DNA of 60,599 nt, filler included, from Sphacelaria rigidula (lineage: Eukaryota), in the NCBI GenBank assembly GCA_964200075.2. It is 6 parts of 6 records of this genome, joined end to end, with 100 filler letters (N's around TTAATTAATTAA, not from the genome) between each part and the next. Parts side by side here need not be neighbours in the genome. Positions count along the whole stretch, not along the records: positions 30,353 to 40,368 come from CAXNAA020007316.1; positions 40,469 to 50,484 come from CAXNAA020007317.1; 4 more parts are not named here. The stretch is one strand, 5' to 3'. Under the pieces are notes generated by a model, which saw only the letters and a list, made by a program, of their open reading frames with translations, was not told the origin of the DNA and searched no databases. Below are positions 37,540-50,584 of this stretch, piece by piece. Numbering within the stretch: position 1 is the stretch's first letter; every line of letters begins with the position of its first letter. The translations under genes were made by a program, and so were the position numbers.

Positions 37540-38015
37540 AGGCCGCTCGTCATGGACTGAAAAAAAATCTGTCTCAGAACTGCCCTTTCTAACCTTTCAT
37601 CACGGATAATTAGCGTAGTACGGGCCTTGGTGGATTCGGCCTCCTCGGACGGATTCGCTTCATTTTCGACGAGGATTCCAGCACGCTTGTCCAATATTCC
37701 GTACTCCCAGTTCTACTATTGGTCGGATTCTGGATTTCTTCGGTCACATAAAACGACTTTTAGTTGTCGGCAAAAAGGTACGTATTTTTCCCGACAAAAG
37801 GACGAATTTGGTGGCGACTTAAAAAATTCAGGATCCGGCCAAGAGTTAAACTGGGAGTACGAAATATCGGACAAGCGCGTTGAAATCCTCGTGAAAAATA
37901 GAGCAAATCTTTCCGTGGGAGCCAAATCTGCCAAGGCCGGTATTCCGCCAATTATCCGATTTAAAAGGTTCAAAAGGGCAGTTCTCATATTTTTCGAGTC
38001 TATAAGAAGCGGCCT
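37540..38015. repeat. ~476-bp imperfect palindrome (fold-back element or MITE)
   Basis: Arms pair throughout, e.g. GAACTGCCCTTT/AAAGGGCAGTTC, CGTACTCCCAGTT/AACTGGGAGTACG, TTGTCGG/CCGACAA; centre TACGTA at 37779-37784. Confidence 0.85.
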
Positions 38016-38382
38016 CATGACCTTCATAATTCATGTCATCACTTGATTTTTAGGTCTGCAACAGCGGCACGGAAAATGTTGAACGCATGGCCCAATTCGA
38101 CGCCTCTTGGGCTGAAATTCAAGGAAGACCTTCTGAACCCAAGGAACTGATACTCGACGTGTCCAGCTGCAGGTTGTCTTGCTTCTCTTCAAAATCTTCA
38201 ATGCCCGTAAGCTCATATTTCTCCTTTGGTGATTACATAATCTTTTGCGTTTTGATCAAAAAGGGTGGTTGTTTTCGTCAGCACGGGCCCAAGTCGAGAG
38301 AATATTTGGTCCCTTTTCATGAGATATTTCGCAAGGTTAAATTTTATGGTGTGTACCCGAAAGTGCGGGATTTTTGGTTGTT

Positions 38383-38479
38383 ATCCCAAACCATGTTGGA
38401 GTGTGTACCGGACATTTCGGTATAGTTCGGCAAGGTGTCGGGCCTTTTTTCAAACACTCCGATATGATTTGGGAGGGTA
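38383..38479. mobile_element. Tiny inverted-repeat element (MITE remnant)
   Basis: TCCCAAACCATGTTGGAGTGT pairs imperfectly with ACACTCCGATATGATTTGGGA. Confidence 0.5.
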
Positions 38480-40368
38480 GTTACCGGTGGAATATTATTC
38501 GGGTGAGAATTCATCAATCAAATATTCATGTGCTTCTGCATATACTTTTCTTTTAGCCGGTATACTCTGCAGAACACGACCTTCGAAACTACTTGCGAGG
38601 CGGAAGCCAGTTCCGCCTGTCCATCGCGGGACATGGACTGTTTCCATGTAATTAGTCCAAATTCACCGTTCCCCAATCATCCAGAGCCTCTTTCAATGGG
38701 CACCGTGTACGTCGCCATGCGGACAAATCAGACGTGTGGAACAACACGGTACATACAACCGGAGGGAAAAGCTGTACGCGACGACGGCACGCTATATCGT
38801 ACATCAAGCACGGCGTCGTACGGCAAGTGCGACGGGAACGACAGTCCATGTCTCGGGTTATAAAGTCGTCAAGTGTTCCCTCGAGTGAGAAGATACGCTT
38901 CGGGACTGTTGTCGAACGCACCACAGTGGCGATCGATCGCAGGTCGTGCGCAGTTGCTCGCTAGACGAATCGCACGTCCAGATTGCGAACGTCGACACAG
39001 TCAAAAGAACAGACTCTGACCGAGCGGAAGGGGGGTACAGGAGGTGGAGCGGAAAGAAACTCGCCAAGATACCTAGCGGATGACCCGAGAAGAAAATGGG
39101 GTCTAGCCATTCAACCTTCTTGGAACCGGGCCTCCAGAACGACCAATGCGGCTGGTTTGAAATGACGTGTCTGGCGTCTTCATGAAACAGTGATGGCATT
39201 ATGAAAATCCGCGCGTTTAACCGCAGGGTTGTGGGGAAAACCGAAAGTTCCATCAAATATATTTGCATGGGCAGGATGAGAATAACCTCATAGGTGATGT
39301 ACATCATATGTAGCAAGCAACATGGGTCGCTGTAAAGGGCTTTCTCAATAGGATGCGACCGGCGGGCCGCCCGCAACTTGAGGCTTTGGATGATATTATT
39401 GCTTTCATTCCCTGTGCAAACTGTCTTCGAAGGGTATCAGCGTTGCGGCGCACATATTTAGTACAAAGTGGCACAGTGCAGTACGCTTCTCCGACTGCAG
39501 CAGGAGCTGCTGCTGCATACTCTTCGGCACGTCCCAGGCAGTTCTCAGCTACCGATATCGATTGCGTTCAAACCGCTTTTTCATCCCCATTAACAACATA
39601 CATGTTCACAGTTTTTTGCAAAAGGCATCGGAAGAGGGATAGGCAAAACTGATGGCGATAGCTGTTTTTGCCTCGTGGAAATGACCACTTTGTAGCATGT
39701 ACACTTTTCCCGGCTCTTTCCCTCCACCCTGTGTTAGCGTAATTACTACGTTTTAGCTTAGGCTGCCGCCCAAAAATCTCCCGAGAAATCCCAGGCGCGC
39801 TATACTGAGTGTAGGTAATACGATAAGCCATGCTCCCAGCACCCTGGTTTGGGAAGCCAGGAAGGCTCATCTGGGCCAGGGATGGGACCCTCACACGATC
39901 TTTGGCGAGACATCACCCTCGGCAACAGTCTCCACGCTGATCGTTCGGGCCTGGTCGATAAATTTCACCTCGCCTTGATTGGGCAGTTTTCTCATTGACT
40001 AACTTTCCATCCTTTCACGAATACATGGTCAACCCCGTGCTGATGGAGGGTCGGTACCGAAAGGGTTACGCGGGAGTCGGTTGTCAGAACGCGTCTTACG
40101 ACACGACCGGGTGGATGGAAGAGGGGGAGAAACGAAGAGCGAGACAACCACTCGCCGATCGAATACACATGTACGACTCGCCGATGTCCACCCGGTACGG
40201 TACGCGTTGATTATGTTCTCTCGCCTCTCGTGTTCTCACTTTTTTTCATTTTTGCGTTTGTTTCCCCAGGTCATCCCAGTCTTGTTTTCGAAATGATTGC
40301 TTCGTTCCCCCCGCCCCTCCCCCGCCCCCCGTCAGGGGATAAAAGCATATTTGCATGGCCCAATGGAC

Positions 40369-40468
40369 NNNNNNNNNNNNNNNNNNNNNNNNNNNNNNNN
40401 NNNNNNNNNNNNTTAATTAATTAANNNNNNNNNNNNNNNNNNNNNNNNNNNNNNNNNNNNNNNNNNNN
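40369..40468. other. Artificial contig-join spacer
   Basis: Same 100-nt linker. Confidence 0.98.
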
Positions 40469-40539
40469 TTTTTTGGTCTTTGTTTTTGTCTGTGTAGGAG
40501 GGGGGGTGGGTGCGGGGTGGGGGGGGGGTGGTGTGTGGT

Positions 40540-40577
<38 letters not shown>

Positions 40578-40601
40578 AAGACTTGCTTCGCGTTTGCTCA
40601 C

Positions 40602-43600
40602 CAGACCAGATGCCTCCGAGGGAGCGAGCGAAGAGGTTCATGAGTCCGAAAAGCGAAGCGACGAGGCCGGCTTTAGAGGTGGAGAGACCGAACTGTTCCT
40701 TGAAGTATGTCGCAGCAATGTTGTTGATGGTCAGCTCCACGCCGAAGCAAGCGGCGTACTGCCCGAACAGCAGCCAAGAGTTGAAGTTCACCATTCCCTG
40801 TGGCGGTGGGTTCGCACGAAGGTACGAGGCACGAGTGAGCCGAGAGCGTTTTGTACGTTTCATCATTTGTGGTGGGAGAGACATCAGAACGTGTGGAGGG
40901 CTGGTCATGAGATCACGCTGGAGTGCAGTGCAGTTCAAGTTTCGCGATACATCATGGTTCATCATAGCGAAGGGAGAAACCCTGCCCGTTAGTTCGAATA
41001 TCTGTAATGAGACTTGTCGCACGATGAGGCATTACTAGGGAGACCACCATGGGAACTAGGAACATCGTAACTCCTCATTCGATGCTTCCGCGACACGTGG
41101 GCTTCGGACTAACCTTCCTGAAGGAGGTGGACGACGACTTGCGGGTCATGGTTCCTCTTTTGATGAGTTCCGCGTAGTTTCCCTTGGGACAGTCGTCAGC
41201 GAGGAGGAGCTGTCCGATGGCAACGCAGATCACGATCGCCGCGGGGACGATGAAGGACAATCGCCAGGCAGTCTCGCTGCTGTACGAAGTCTTGAAGGCG
41301 TTCCAGATGCCAACCATGAAGATTTGGGTCACGCCACCTCCGAGGTTACCCCATCCTCCTGCTGTCGCCTGTCGTGATGCCGAAAGCGAAATGAATCGGA
41401 CCTCGTACACTCAGAAGGCTCGACTCCATGTCTCGAATTTCAAAATGTGAACTCTCAACTCATTTCCTACCAAGTCTTCATTCAGACGCTGTACGCTGTG
41501 GTACCTTTTCTTCAGACGCTGTACACTGTACTAACTGCGATCAGCTCGGGAACCGATCGGACAAGAGCAAATCTGGGAACGGTTCCTCAAGGATCGAATT
41601 TTACCCGAGACCGTGATATATCTGGTCATGTAGGGTTTCGAAGTCGTCGGATTTCTACCAAGAAGTACGTGTGAAAAACCCAGAAAGGCTTTTGACGGAG
41701 AGTTTCCATCATGTACATCGTGAGAAAGTTCGGACCGTCGTGAAACTTGGGTTCGGTAGGCATCGATGCCTCGGAGGGAAGAATCATGAAAAAAAACACA
41801 AACCGACTTCCGGGGATCCCCACGCAAAGAGAAGTACAGGTCGATACAGAGTCCCCAGAAAATGATGAATCAACAGTAGTGCGTTCCGGCATAGTCTGCA
41901 AATAGAGTCTCATAAATCGTGGATGAAGATGAATTTTCGCTCCAAAAGGTGAACCAGCCTCCAGATACTCAGCTTTCAGATACTCGGCAGTGCGATGTCA
42001 TGGGAGGGAAGCACGAGCAAGACACTATTCGCGATACAGCGACAAGGGACAGAAGCAACTGCCTCTATTCAGGTTGACCCCTCGACCATCCCTTATTACC
42101 CCTCATCACTCCATCCACCCCCAATCCCCCAGACCCGACAAGGGACGAAACTCACGTTTGCCGTGCCGACAATTTCCTTCACGAAGATCTGCGAGGCCCA
42201 GAACTGTGTGCACACGAAGGTTGCGCCCATAACACCGATAAAGAAACGGATGACCGCTACATCGACCGCATTGTTGACGAGCCCCGAGAAGGCGGTGGGG
42301 ATGGACCCCATGATGAGCAGGACGGTGGACATCTGTCGTGCCCCGAAGGTGTCGCAGAGGGGACCGACGATGAAACGGGACATCACGGTCGACGCGACGG
42401 AGGATATGTTGGCGTTGTACACCTCGTTTTTCGTCATACCCAGATCATCCTTGATTTCGGGCATGAGAGGCGCGAAAGCGAACCATGACACGAAGGCCAT
42501 GAAGAACCCGAACCACGCAAAGTGGAAGGCGCGCATGTGCGGCCGCTTGATGCTGAAGATCTTCAGCTCCTTCGACTTGTCCGCTTGCTTAGGGTCGACC
42601 TCCACGTAGTATCGGTCATCTATTGATCAGTGTTGTTCACCATGATTTGCACAAGGGGCGGGGAGGAGGGGGGTTGAGGGTCAAGTGGCATATATTCGCG
42701 TAAGCAAAGTGTCCGGCGTCTACTGTTCATGAGTGAAGCTCACCACTGCACGCATCTTGCGAGTTGATCCATCGTAAGCTGGACTGACTCGGAAAAGGAG
42801 GAAAATTGTCGACGCTCACGCTGTAGGGAGCAAATAAGGAAAGGGTCGACGACCTAGGGACCGCACCGTTTAGGAGGCAACTCGGATCGATGATGTCACC
42901 GTTCCTTTTGCTGTGTATTCGTTCGACGTCTCTCAAACCAATCTGGGTTCAATCCCTGTACCGCGAGGATGGTCCGTCTGGATGTTGCAACTTTTTCTTC
43001 GAAACTCATGCCGGCCAAACAGGTGACCTGCTCTCGCTATTGAGAGGGCTGAGATTACGTTTTTATCGAGTGCAAATTTTCATCGATAACCGAAACTGTC
43101 TGTTGGACCGCGAGGCTGTCCTTGTGGATCATGAATAAATTTTTCAAGTGAAATCGATGCCGATTCGACAGATGACCTACTCTCGCTGTCCAAGGCTTGA
43201 CCGCCCGCTGCTCAGGTGACAGCACTGCGAAGTGCTCGAAACTTATAACTTGCCCCTCAAGTTTTGGTCGTGCTTCGTCGAGGCAAGACAAAAAAGAACG
43301 AGGAACCCAGCCCGAAAATCAATGGGGGTTTCGGAGGATACGTATTCCTTCGTTCGCCCTTCTTCGATGCCTCGTCCGTGCTTCCCTTGTGCATGGTGAT
43401 TTAATTCGATAAGGCACGACCCCATTGCTTCTCGATCAGGTTCCAATGTGAAAGGGGGGGGGGGGGGGGGCGACACTACTTTCATGGGGAAGAATGGGGC
43501 TTGTAGAGGGAAAATGGACCAATCAACTACACAAGTCAGTTGGAAGCAGAAAAAATCATTCCTAAATGAGCCGATCAGTATCAATCAAAAGTACACACTT

Positions 43601-46500
43601 GGAAGTGACGAACGTCGCTTATACAAATTCATTCATTTTGATAGTACATTTCACCCACACTGCACTGTTGAGTTTCTGTGCACAGGGTTACAACGGGGGG
43701 ATGAGAGCTGATGTTCGTGTTGTTGATTTTGGATGTAGCGTGTGTTCTGTTCAACACGAGTTAAACATTCCTCCGTGAATGTACAAATTGTTTTTTGACA
43801 ACTGATTTCTTGTCATTGAAGCTTCCGTTTACCCCCGTAAGGCCGTTTCTTCCGGTTCGTGTTTTGTTTGGCTCGTATTTTCCACTATTGGGACATTTGA
43901 AAAGGTTTTTGACCCCCACAGGGAATATCGCCACCACACGTCTTGGACAATTTGGATCACCCCAGCGAGAGGAGCCTAGCCCACTTTTCCGATTCGCTTG
44001 GGTCAGAAATTTCGAGAGCGGCCTCTGGACAAAAATACGCGAAAAACATATATTGCACAGTCTGCAGGTATTTTCACTAAAAGTGGAAAGTACGAGCCGA
44101 ACAAAATACGAACCCAAGAGAACGGTTCAACTTGTCTGATGGCTGGTGTCATGGACGGGGAAAGGGGCAGGGGCGCGTCATGAACCGGGAACGGGAGGTC
44201 CCGCAGTGATACATTTTTCTTTGTGGAATTCGAAACTCGAAGGGGTACGGGGGGCAGATGTCTCAAGAGATCTGACTTTTACTATCTTGTCACCGAGACT
44301 GGATGCCACACTCAGTTGCTTCGTTCGTTCGTATTTCTCGACGGCATGCTTGACCTCTGAAACCGATACGAGTCGACGATTGGTTAGATGTCCCCTTCGG
44401 GGATCGGGGAGCATGAACAAATGACGGTTGCAGACATGAAAATGCGGTCGAACTTCCTGGTTCAAGCAAGGGAGGACATCCGAGATGGTGGGAAAATGGA
44501 GCTGGCCTGCACATCCGGCATTTCTTTTTTCTCATGATCCAGCTAATTTCACATGTGCAGACGTTGTGGATAATCCTAGCACGGCTAAAAAGATGGGGTA
44601 CATGCTACGATACTGTAGAGGTGGTACTGACGGCACGGTACGTCCGTCCGCCCAGCACTCACTTTTCGGCAGGTTTCCGAGATAATTTCCTAGTACGAGT
44701 GCAACCCTTCAGTATCCACACCGCCCGACCTGTTGATCGTCAGGGGTAGGTAATTTACTGGATCGGCATCACTCGAACTTCAAACGAAATTTCTCGCGTG
44801 ACCCGGTGGGATGGCCTATGCGGGCGGTCAGAGGTGAAACGAGTCACCAGTTGAAAACTAGAAAAAAATACTCGAGATTTCACCTTGTCGAGACCAGACC
44901 TCCAGATACGTGGGTGTTTGCACGCGGGCGCCTTTTTGTGAATCGGCTGCATATTAACGCGAAAAACTACTGACGATAACACCGAGTAACAAAAAGACGT
45001 CTGGATGCGAACACCCATGTTTCTGGAAGTACGATCTCCCAAAAGGGTGAATAAACCTCGTTTGAATGCCAGGGTCGGGTCATCTGATTCTTGGCTCTTC
45101 ATTTCGGGTAAAAATGATGCCCATCCAACACACTACGTACTCTCTGGCAGTCAGGGGTTAACGTCTTCGCTAAATAACAAATAACCTCCAATCAGGGTTC
45201 GGAACCTTCTTGATCACAACAGTAGTAGTCGAATAGCTCCCAGAAGCGAAATCAGCACCCTCAAGGTACTGCATTGGCATACAACAGTGGTGCACCATTT
45301 CAAACAGAGGAGTGTTCCGTGGCCTGCGAGCGCTACCGTCTGCCTCACCACCTCCGGATGCGGGTCGCACCACCACGCATAAGAGGAGCAGCTCGCCCAT
45401 ATACCCACCCGATAGATTTCCATCAATCTGCCACGTTTCTCTTGTCTAGCGTTACTGCGTGAACGGTGGTACTTCATACTGTCCTTACTACACTGTACGA
45501 ATCAAGTACTTTCAAAAACTGCACGAAGGTTCAGTATCATGTTCAGTACTGTACTAATCATCGACATGCGATACGCAGCTGTATGTTGCACCTTTTCTGT
45601 ACTTACTTCGAAGTTCTGTCGCAAAACAATAAAAGAGATACGACCGGTGACAATTTTCTCGATCTCGTTGAAAGTGAGCAACAAATATCGTGCAACGCCG
45701 TTGACTGTTATCGGTCGTTTTTGACCGCTGACTTTGATCCAATATTGTGTCTGTATCTCTCAGTCCAAGTTGAGCGATCACCCGACAGGTATGCATGACA
45801 CTTGGAGCCGAGACGATCCTGTTTTGTAATGAGCCCGTGCGCGCTTCATATTTGTCACGTAATCCATCGGTAGTCAAATCTGTACTGGGTCGGGTCGTCA
45901 CGTGCCACGCTGGGATGTTTGCGGCTCAACAGAACAAAATAGACCAACACAGCTGCTGGATGGTCGCAGCAAAACTTCCACCGCAACACGAACTGAATTT
46001 GAGAACCCAGCGACCACACGCCGCGTGCATGAGATACACAACTGCTTGAAACTCGGCATCTCGAGATGGTCGTGTAAACTCGTTGAGTAGGGAATGCTGA
46101 GCGAGGGTGCGTGTGCTGGAAACGATCATGCATTCTTACCCAATCCGCGAAGTAATTTCGATGCTCTTTAAGGTATCCCGAACGCCAAGCTCCGCCGTAC
46201 TTGGCAGCAGATGGAACACAGGAGAGATGATCGAGGAATCGCGCAACATGGGGCGACTCCTAGTGCCACTGCCTGTACAGATGAATAGCGACAACATGAG
46301 GTGACTTCCAGTACTGCATGTTGTCATGAATCGCGACGATAGGAGCAACTTCCGGTTCTGCCCAGACATATGTTTCCAGAGTGCTTTTGCATCCGAGGTC
46401 AACACCGAGCAATAGCATGTCGTTCGTCTTGGTTTGTGTCATCACAAAGGCAGCATCTTGAAGAGGACTCACATTTCTTCCACTCTCCAACATCAGCCAT
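40602..46500 (-). CDS. NRT2: High-affinity nitrate transporter (NRT2/NNP family, MFS), 3'-partial, 314 aa recovered
   Basis: complement(join(46473-46500, 42156-42619, 41114-41368, 40602-40797)); GT-AG, phases consistent. MADVGEWKKYDRYYVEVDPKQADKSKELKIFSIKRPHMRAFHFAWFGFF...; nitrate signature GTANATAGGWGNLGGG; CFGVELTINN; FGLMNLFARSLGG. The 28-nt first exon is less certain than the others. Confidence 0.95.
43841..44127. mobile_element. PIF/Harbinger (Tourist)-like MITE in NRT2 intron 1
   Basis: ~50-bp imperfect TIRs (GGTTCGTGTTTTGTTTGGCTCGTATTTTCCACT / AGTGGAAAGTACGAGCCGAACAAAATACGAACC); flanks TAA and CAA. Confidence 0.6.
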
Positions 46501-47354
46501 GATGAAAAGGCTCCTTTTCCGACCCTTTCACTGCTTCTGCTGTTGCTGCTCCTTTTGCGGCTGTTTTGTGCGTTGGGGAGACTGAAGTTGTGTCGATGTG
46601 AGGTGCGGCCGTTGTGGTGTGGTCGCGGACAGCTTTTGAAGACAGAATGTGAAAGATGTGGTTCCCAGATTTCTACCGCTGTCCACGAAGTACGATTAGA
46701 GGTAGCTAGAACGAAGTTCGCATGACGTCACAAAATACCGTCATGAACGTTACATGTGCACAGCTGCCGAACGAGTTGGCATCAGTTATCATGTACTTTG
46801 TGCGATGTCGCCTGTGTACAGTATATTATCCCTCACCCAATTAGCATCGTTCTCCACATATACCTGCCTCCTGTGAAAAGGAAAGCATCGAAGTGTAATA
46901 GTATATGCCGCCATTTGTAGATATCGACAATGAATGATCAAAACATCCCGATCCTAACCACTGGAAATCTTTGGCGCTAGTTCGTCTGCTTGATCATGAT
47001 CACTATGGTGACGAATCGAGTTGAAGTTTCCATGAAGGTGCGGCGACTTTCCATCAATCAGAAGCTCTCTTTATCAAATTCAATGCACATTTCCCCGAAG
47101 CGGAACCGCAAGGTGAAATTTATTACACGCTGTTTGAGCTCTGCCGATGAATACTTGGCCAATTATAGGACATTACATATACCCCGGTTGCTCGAGGGCT
47201 CACGGTGTACCTTGTGGTGGGATCAGGGTTAGCCTCAGAGTTTGACGATGATAACATGGGTTCAACCATGAGTTTCGGTCGCCGAGTTCGCGTGAATCCG
47301 CCTCGATCGATCGGATCGGGGAATGGGAAACCGAAACTTGGAATAATATTATAA

Positions 47355-48110
47355 GCCTGTCCGGGTCGCCCCGGTGGTAACCTCGAAACCTTCGAACCTT
47401 CTACAGTAGTACCGGTTGGGTCGTGGGTCGTGGGTATGAATCTCGATGCAGTCACACGAGCTGGGAGTTTCTCTTACACCATGCCTCGAAACCTTCTGTC
47501 GGTTGGGTTGTGGATTCAAATCTCGGAGCGATCCGGGATTCTTTCTCACACGATGCGAAAGCGCTTATGTCGTGGGTACACTACACGAAATTCGACTCCT
47601 CAGCGGTCGACGAGGGAAAGGGACTGCTGCACCCCTCTCGCGATAAAAATAAAGGCAAGCACCGCGGAAGGAAGGTGGAGTGCTAGAAACAAACAAAAAA
47701 GAAGGAACTCCTGCGTTGACCTTCCTCGTGTGTGACCCCGGCTGGTGCGCCCATATATACCGAAAGGTGTAGACCGGCGTCCAGAGTAGATGGGACGACG
47801 ACACGCACACCATGCCCAAAAGTGGAGAGCGACCATGTCGTGGGTGTACACAATATCAAAATTCGATTTCTCGGTCGACGAGGGACAGGGAACGCTGAAC
47901 CCCTCTCGCGATAAATATGATAATAAATAATGAGGCAAGCACCGCATAAGGAAGGTAAGTGAAGTACTGAGACAAAATAAAAAAGAACAAGCTCCTGTGT
48001 TGGCCTTCCTTCCGTGTCCGACCCCGGCTGGTGCGCCCACAGATGTACCCAATTGTGTAGTCTGGCTTCCAGAGTAGATGGGACGATGGGACGGTAACAC
48101 AAACACGCAC
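47355..48110 (+). mobile_element. SINE-like repeat with duplicated tRNA-like head and tandemly duplicated body
   Basis: A-box-like TCGCCCCGGTGG; degenerate B-boxes GGTATGAATCT and GGATTCAAATCT; body ~47567-47810 repeated at 47835-48110; CA-rich tail; third copy at 60373-60529. Confidence 0.7.
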
Positions 48111-48606
48111 TACTACTAACAAGGGTTAAATAGTCGGATTTTGAAGTAGAAGGTGTGTAAACACGCGTCAGTGCAGCGACTTGGCAACGTGGCAAAGCTT
48201 ACGTGGTGAACGGCCAGCTGACTCGAGAGAGCGGACCGGAATGCCACCTGCTCACGCTCCATGGGTTTGATAGAAAATCGTCGACCCCCTGGTGTCTTTT
48301 TTGTGCTTTTGATTACTGTACCCATCTCTTCAGTAAAAAGAGGGGGAAAATAATCAAAATAATGACAGAGGATGCCGATTCAATAAATAGATGATGCATC
48401 AAGTCAAGTATTGCTCTGGTGCTTGTCGTACGCACTCGGGTGGAAGTCGAACGCACACGGCAACACACAACAACAGAGCAGTGTTACATGCAAGCGACGA
48501 GCAACCCAGAGAACGAGATCATACGTCAGAGAAATCGATGGAAGGGCACGCTACATCGAGTTTTAAATGTGAGAAATAATATTTCTCAAACGATTTTAAT
48601 GTGAAG

Positions 48607-48633
48607 ACAACAACAACAACAACAACAACAACA
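48607..48633 (+). repeat. (ACA)9 microsatellite
   Basis: Read directly. Confidence 0.9.
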
Positions 48634-49695
48634 AACGATTGACATTCATCTGAGGAAAGGGCCCTCTTGACGAAATTTTCATAAATAATTAACAATTTTC
48701 CCCACACCCAATGCAATGCTCCATGAGAAACGGCGTTCGAGAAATTTCTCTGACAAGTACCAGAAAAAAAACCAAACTGTTTTCCCTCGTAGCACAGGAA
48801 GTGGCCTGCCTAGATGTGGGCAAGAAGAAGAGAGAGTTCCACATTAAATTTTCACCCGCATCGCCTGGCCTTCAATATACCCATAAAAATCTAATCCAGA
48901 TCGCACGTACACTGTATATGTACGAGTATATACATATATTCGTAAGGGGAATGATTTGTATTATTGTTGGCCTCGCGACGCATCACCATCTCTCTCTCCC
49001 TCTGTATACACATGTTGTGAATTTGGGGCACTATTATTTTTTCTACTATAACAGCCCATGCACAGAAAAAGGCCGTGAGTGTGTGTTCCGTCAGTGTGTT
49101 TGGTGGAGAGTTTCTTTCTCGTGCGAATGCCCTTCCTTGGGACGTGCACCAGGGGCCAGTCATTATTCTTCTGTTCCTTTTATGGGGACCAGTACTATAC
49201 AAAATCTTAAACCTCCGTGACTGACCTATTTCTTTGATTCAACCGGTCTACAATCGCCATCACATTGGCCTAGATAGTCCAAGGTTTCACGGAAAGCGCC
49301 GTTCCGGAGTGAAACCTTATTTTTGGGATGGACTTAATCTTCTGAAAATGTCCATCGATTACTCACGACTGGGACGTCAGCAATTTCGCCCCATCATCAT
49401 CAGTAAATCAATCGAGATCTAGGCGCCACCCCAAATTACGACGACGTGTAGACCACGCACGATAGTAAGGTTCGCTTCACCACACAGTTGCATGCGAAAA
49501 TAAATAGGAAAACGGCTGTCTCCGGAAATCCGAAAATAGACACCAAAGACACCAAGACCCCAAACAGGCGTTGTCATTTCGAGTCGTTTTTTTTTGGGGG
49601 GGGGGCGCTGGAAGAGTTGGTCCCCACCATGCAAGGCTTGGGGCTGGAATCTTACCCGCATCCATACGCCTATTTCTGAAAATTGGCAGGGGGGC

Positions 49696-49750
49696 GGTAT
49701 CCAGGGTGGTATCCAGGATGGTATCCAGGGCGGCATCCAGGGCAGTATCC
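49696..49750 (+). repeat. 12-bp minisatellite GGTATCCAGGGC, ~4.5 copies
   Basis: Read directly. Confidence 0.9.
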
Positions 49751-50484
49751 GACGAGGATCTTGCAGGGCGGTTTTCAATCAGGAAGGATCTTGCGCTTTG
49801 TATGCAGTTACTTTTGGTGAGCACAACCAAGGGTTGCTCCATGAACTATTATAGGTATGTTGCAACACGGGGAGAGTACAGTGGCACCTCACTGACTCGT
49901 TTGATCGACGGAACAGTACATACGGGGTGATATCAGCCCCAAGACATGCGCATATAGATAGCTCCGGATATTGCGATTTTGCATGCTCTAGATATCGATC
50001 GACATTCGTCCTTTTCACTTTTTTCGGTGAGAATCTGAGAGTAACCACTGCACCGACCGTTCTCTCATCCACCTCTATAAAACCCACCCTGGTGCGGTGG
50101 CTTCAGTATGAAAGTCGTGCACCGTATATCGTCATAATTGTCATAAAAACGGGGAGCGTAAACATGTGCCACATATTGCCGACAACACCCATCACGGCTC
50201 GAGACTTCCATGCGCTGCTCTACTGTGCTCGAACAAACCGTGTAGGCGAGCAAAAATTCAACTAAGTGTGCGTTGGGCGGCAGTTCGAAAACAAGACCTA
50301 CATGAAAAACTGAAGAAAAGTAAAATCCGCATGACTAGCGCACAACACCCCCTCCCTACAGGATCAAGGATCGGTGTGAAGGAAATGAAAAAAAGCTGGA
50401 TCTGAATCACTATCTCGTAAGACCTAGGGCAAGTGGAATCAGCCCACTCCCCACCCTCCCACCCCCCTCCCCCCCCCCCCCCCC

Positions 50485-50584
50485 NNNNNNNNNNNNNNNN
50501 NNNNNNNNNNNNNNNNNNNNNNNNNNNNTTAATTAATTAANNNNNNNNNNNNNNNNNNNNNNNNNNNNNNNNNNNNNNNNNNNN
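50485..50584. other. Artificial contig-join spacer
   Basis: Same 100-nt linker. Confidence 0.98.

Noticed and set aside
32828..40368. Intronic C/D snoRNAs in RPL9
   Set aside because: C-box-like motifs (e.g. GTGATGA at ~38036-38042, minus) have no suitably spaced CTGA box or terminal stem by eye; snoscan/Infernal would be needed.
40540..40576. Long poly-G / poly-C runs (also 50450-50484) as G-quadruplex elements
   Set aside because: At contig ends where homopolymer length is unreliable; the poly-Pro/poly-Gly ORFs derived from them are artefacts.
41995..42609. 204-aa plus-strand ORF (likewise 40510-41038, 22717-23039, 58940-59587)
   Set aside because: Antisense shadows of real exons.
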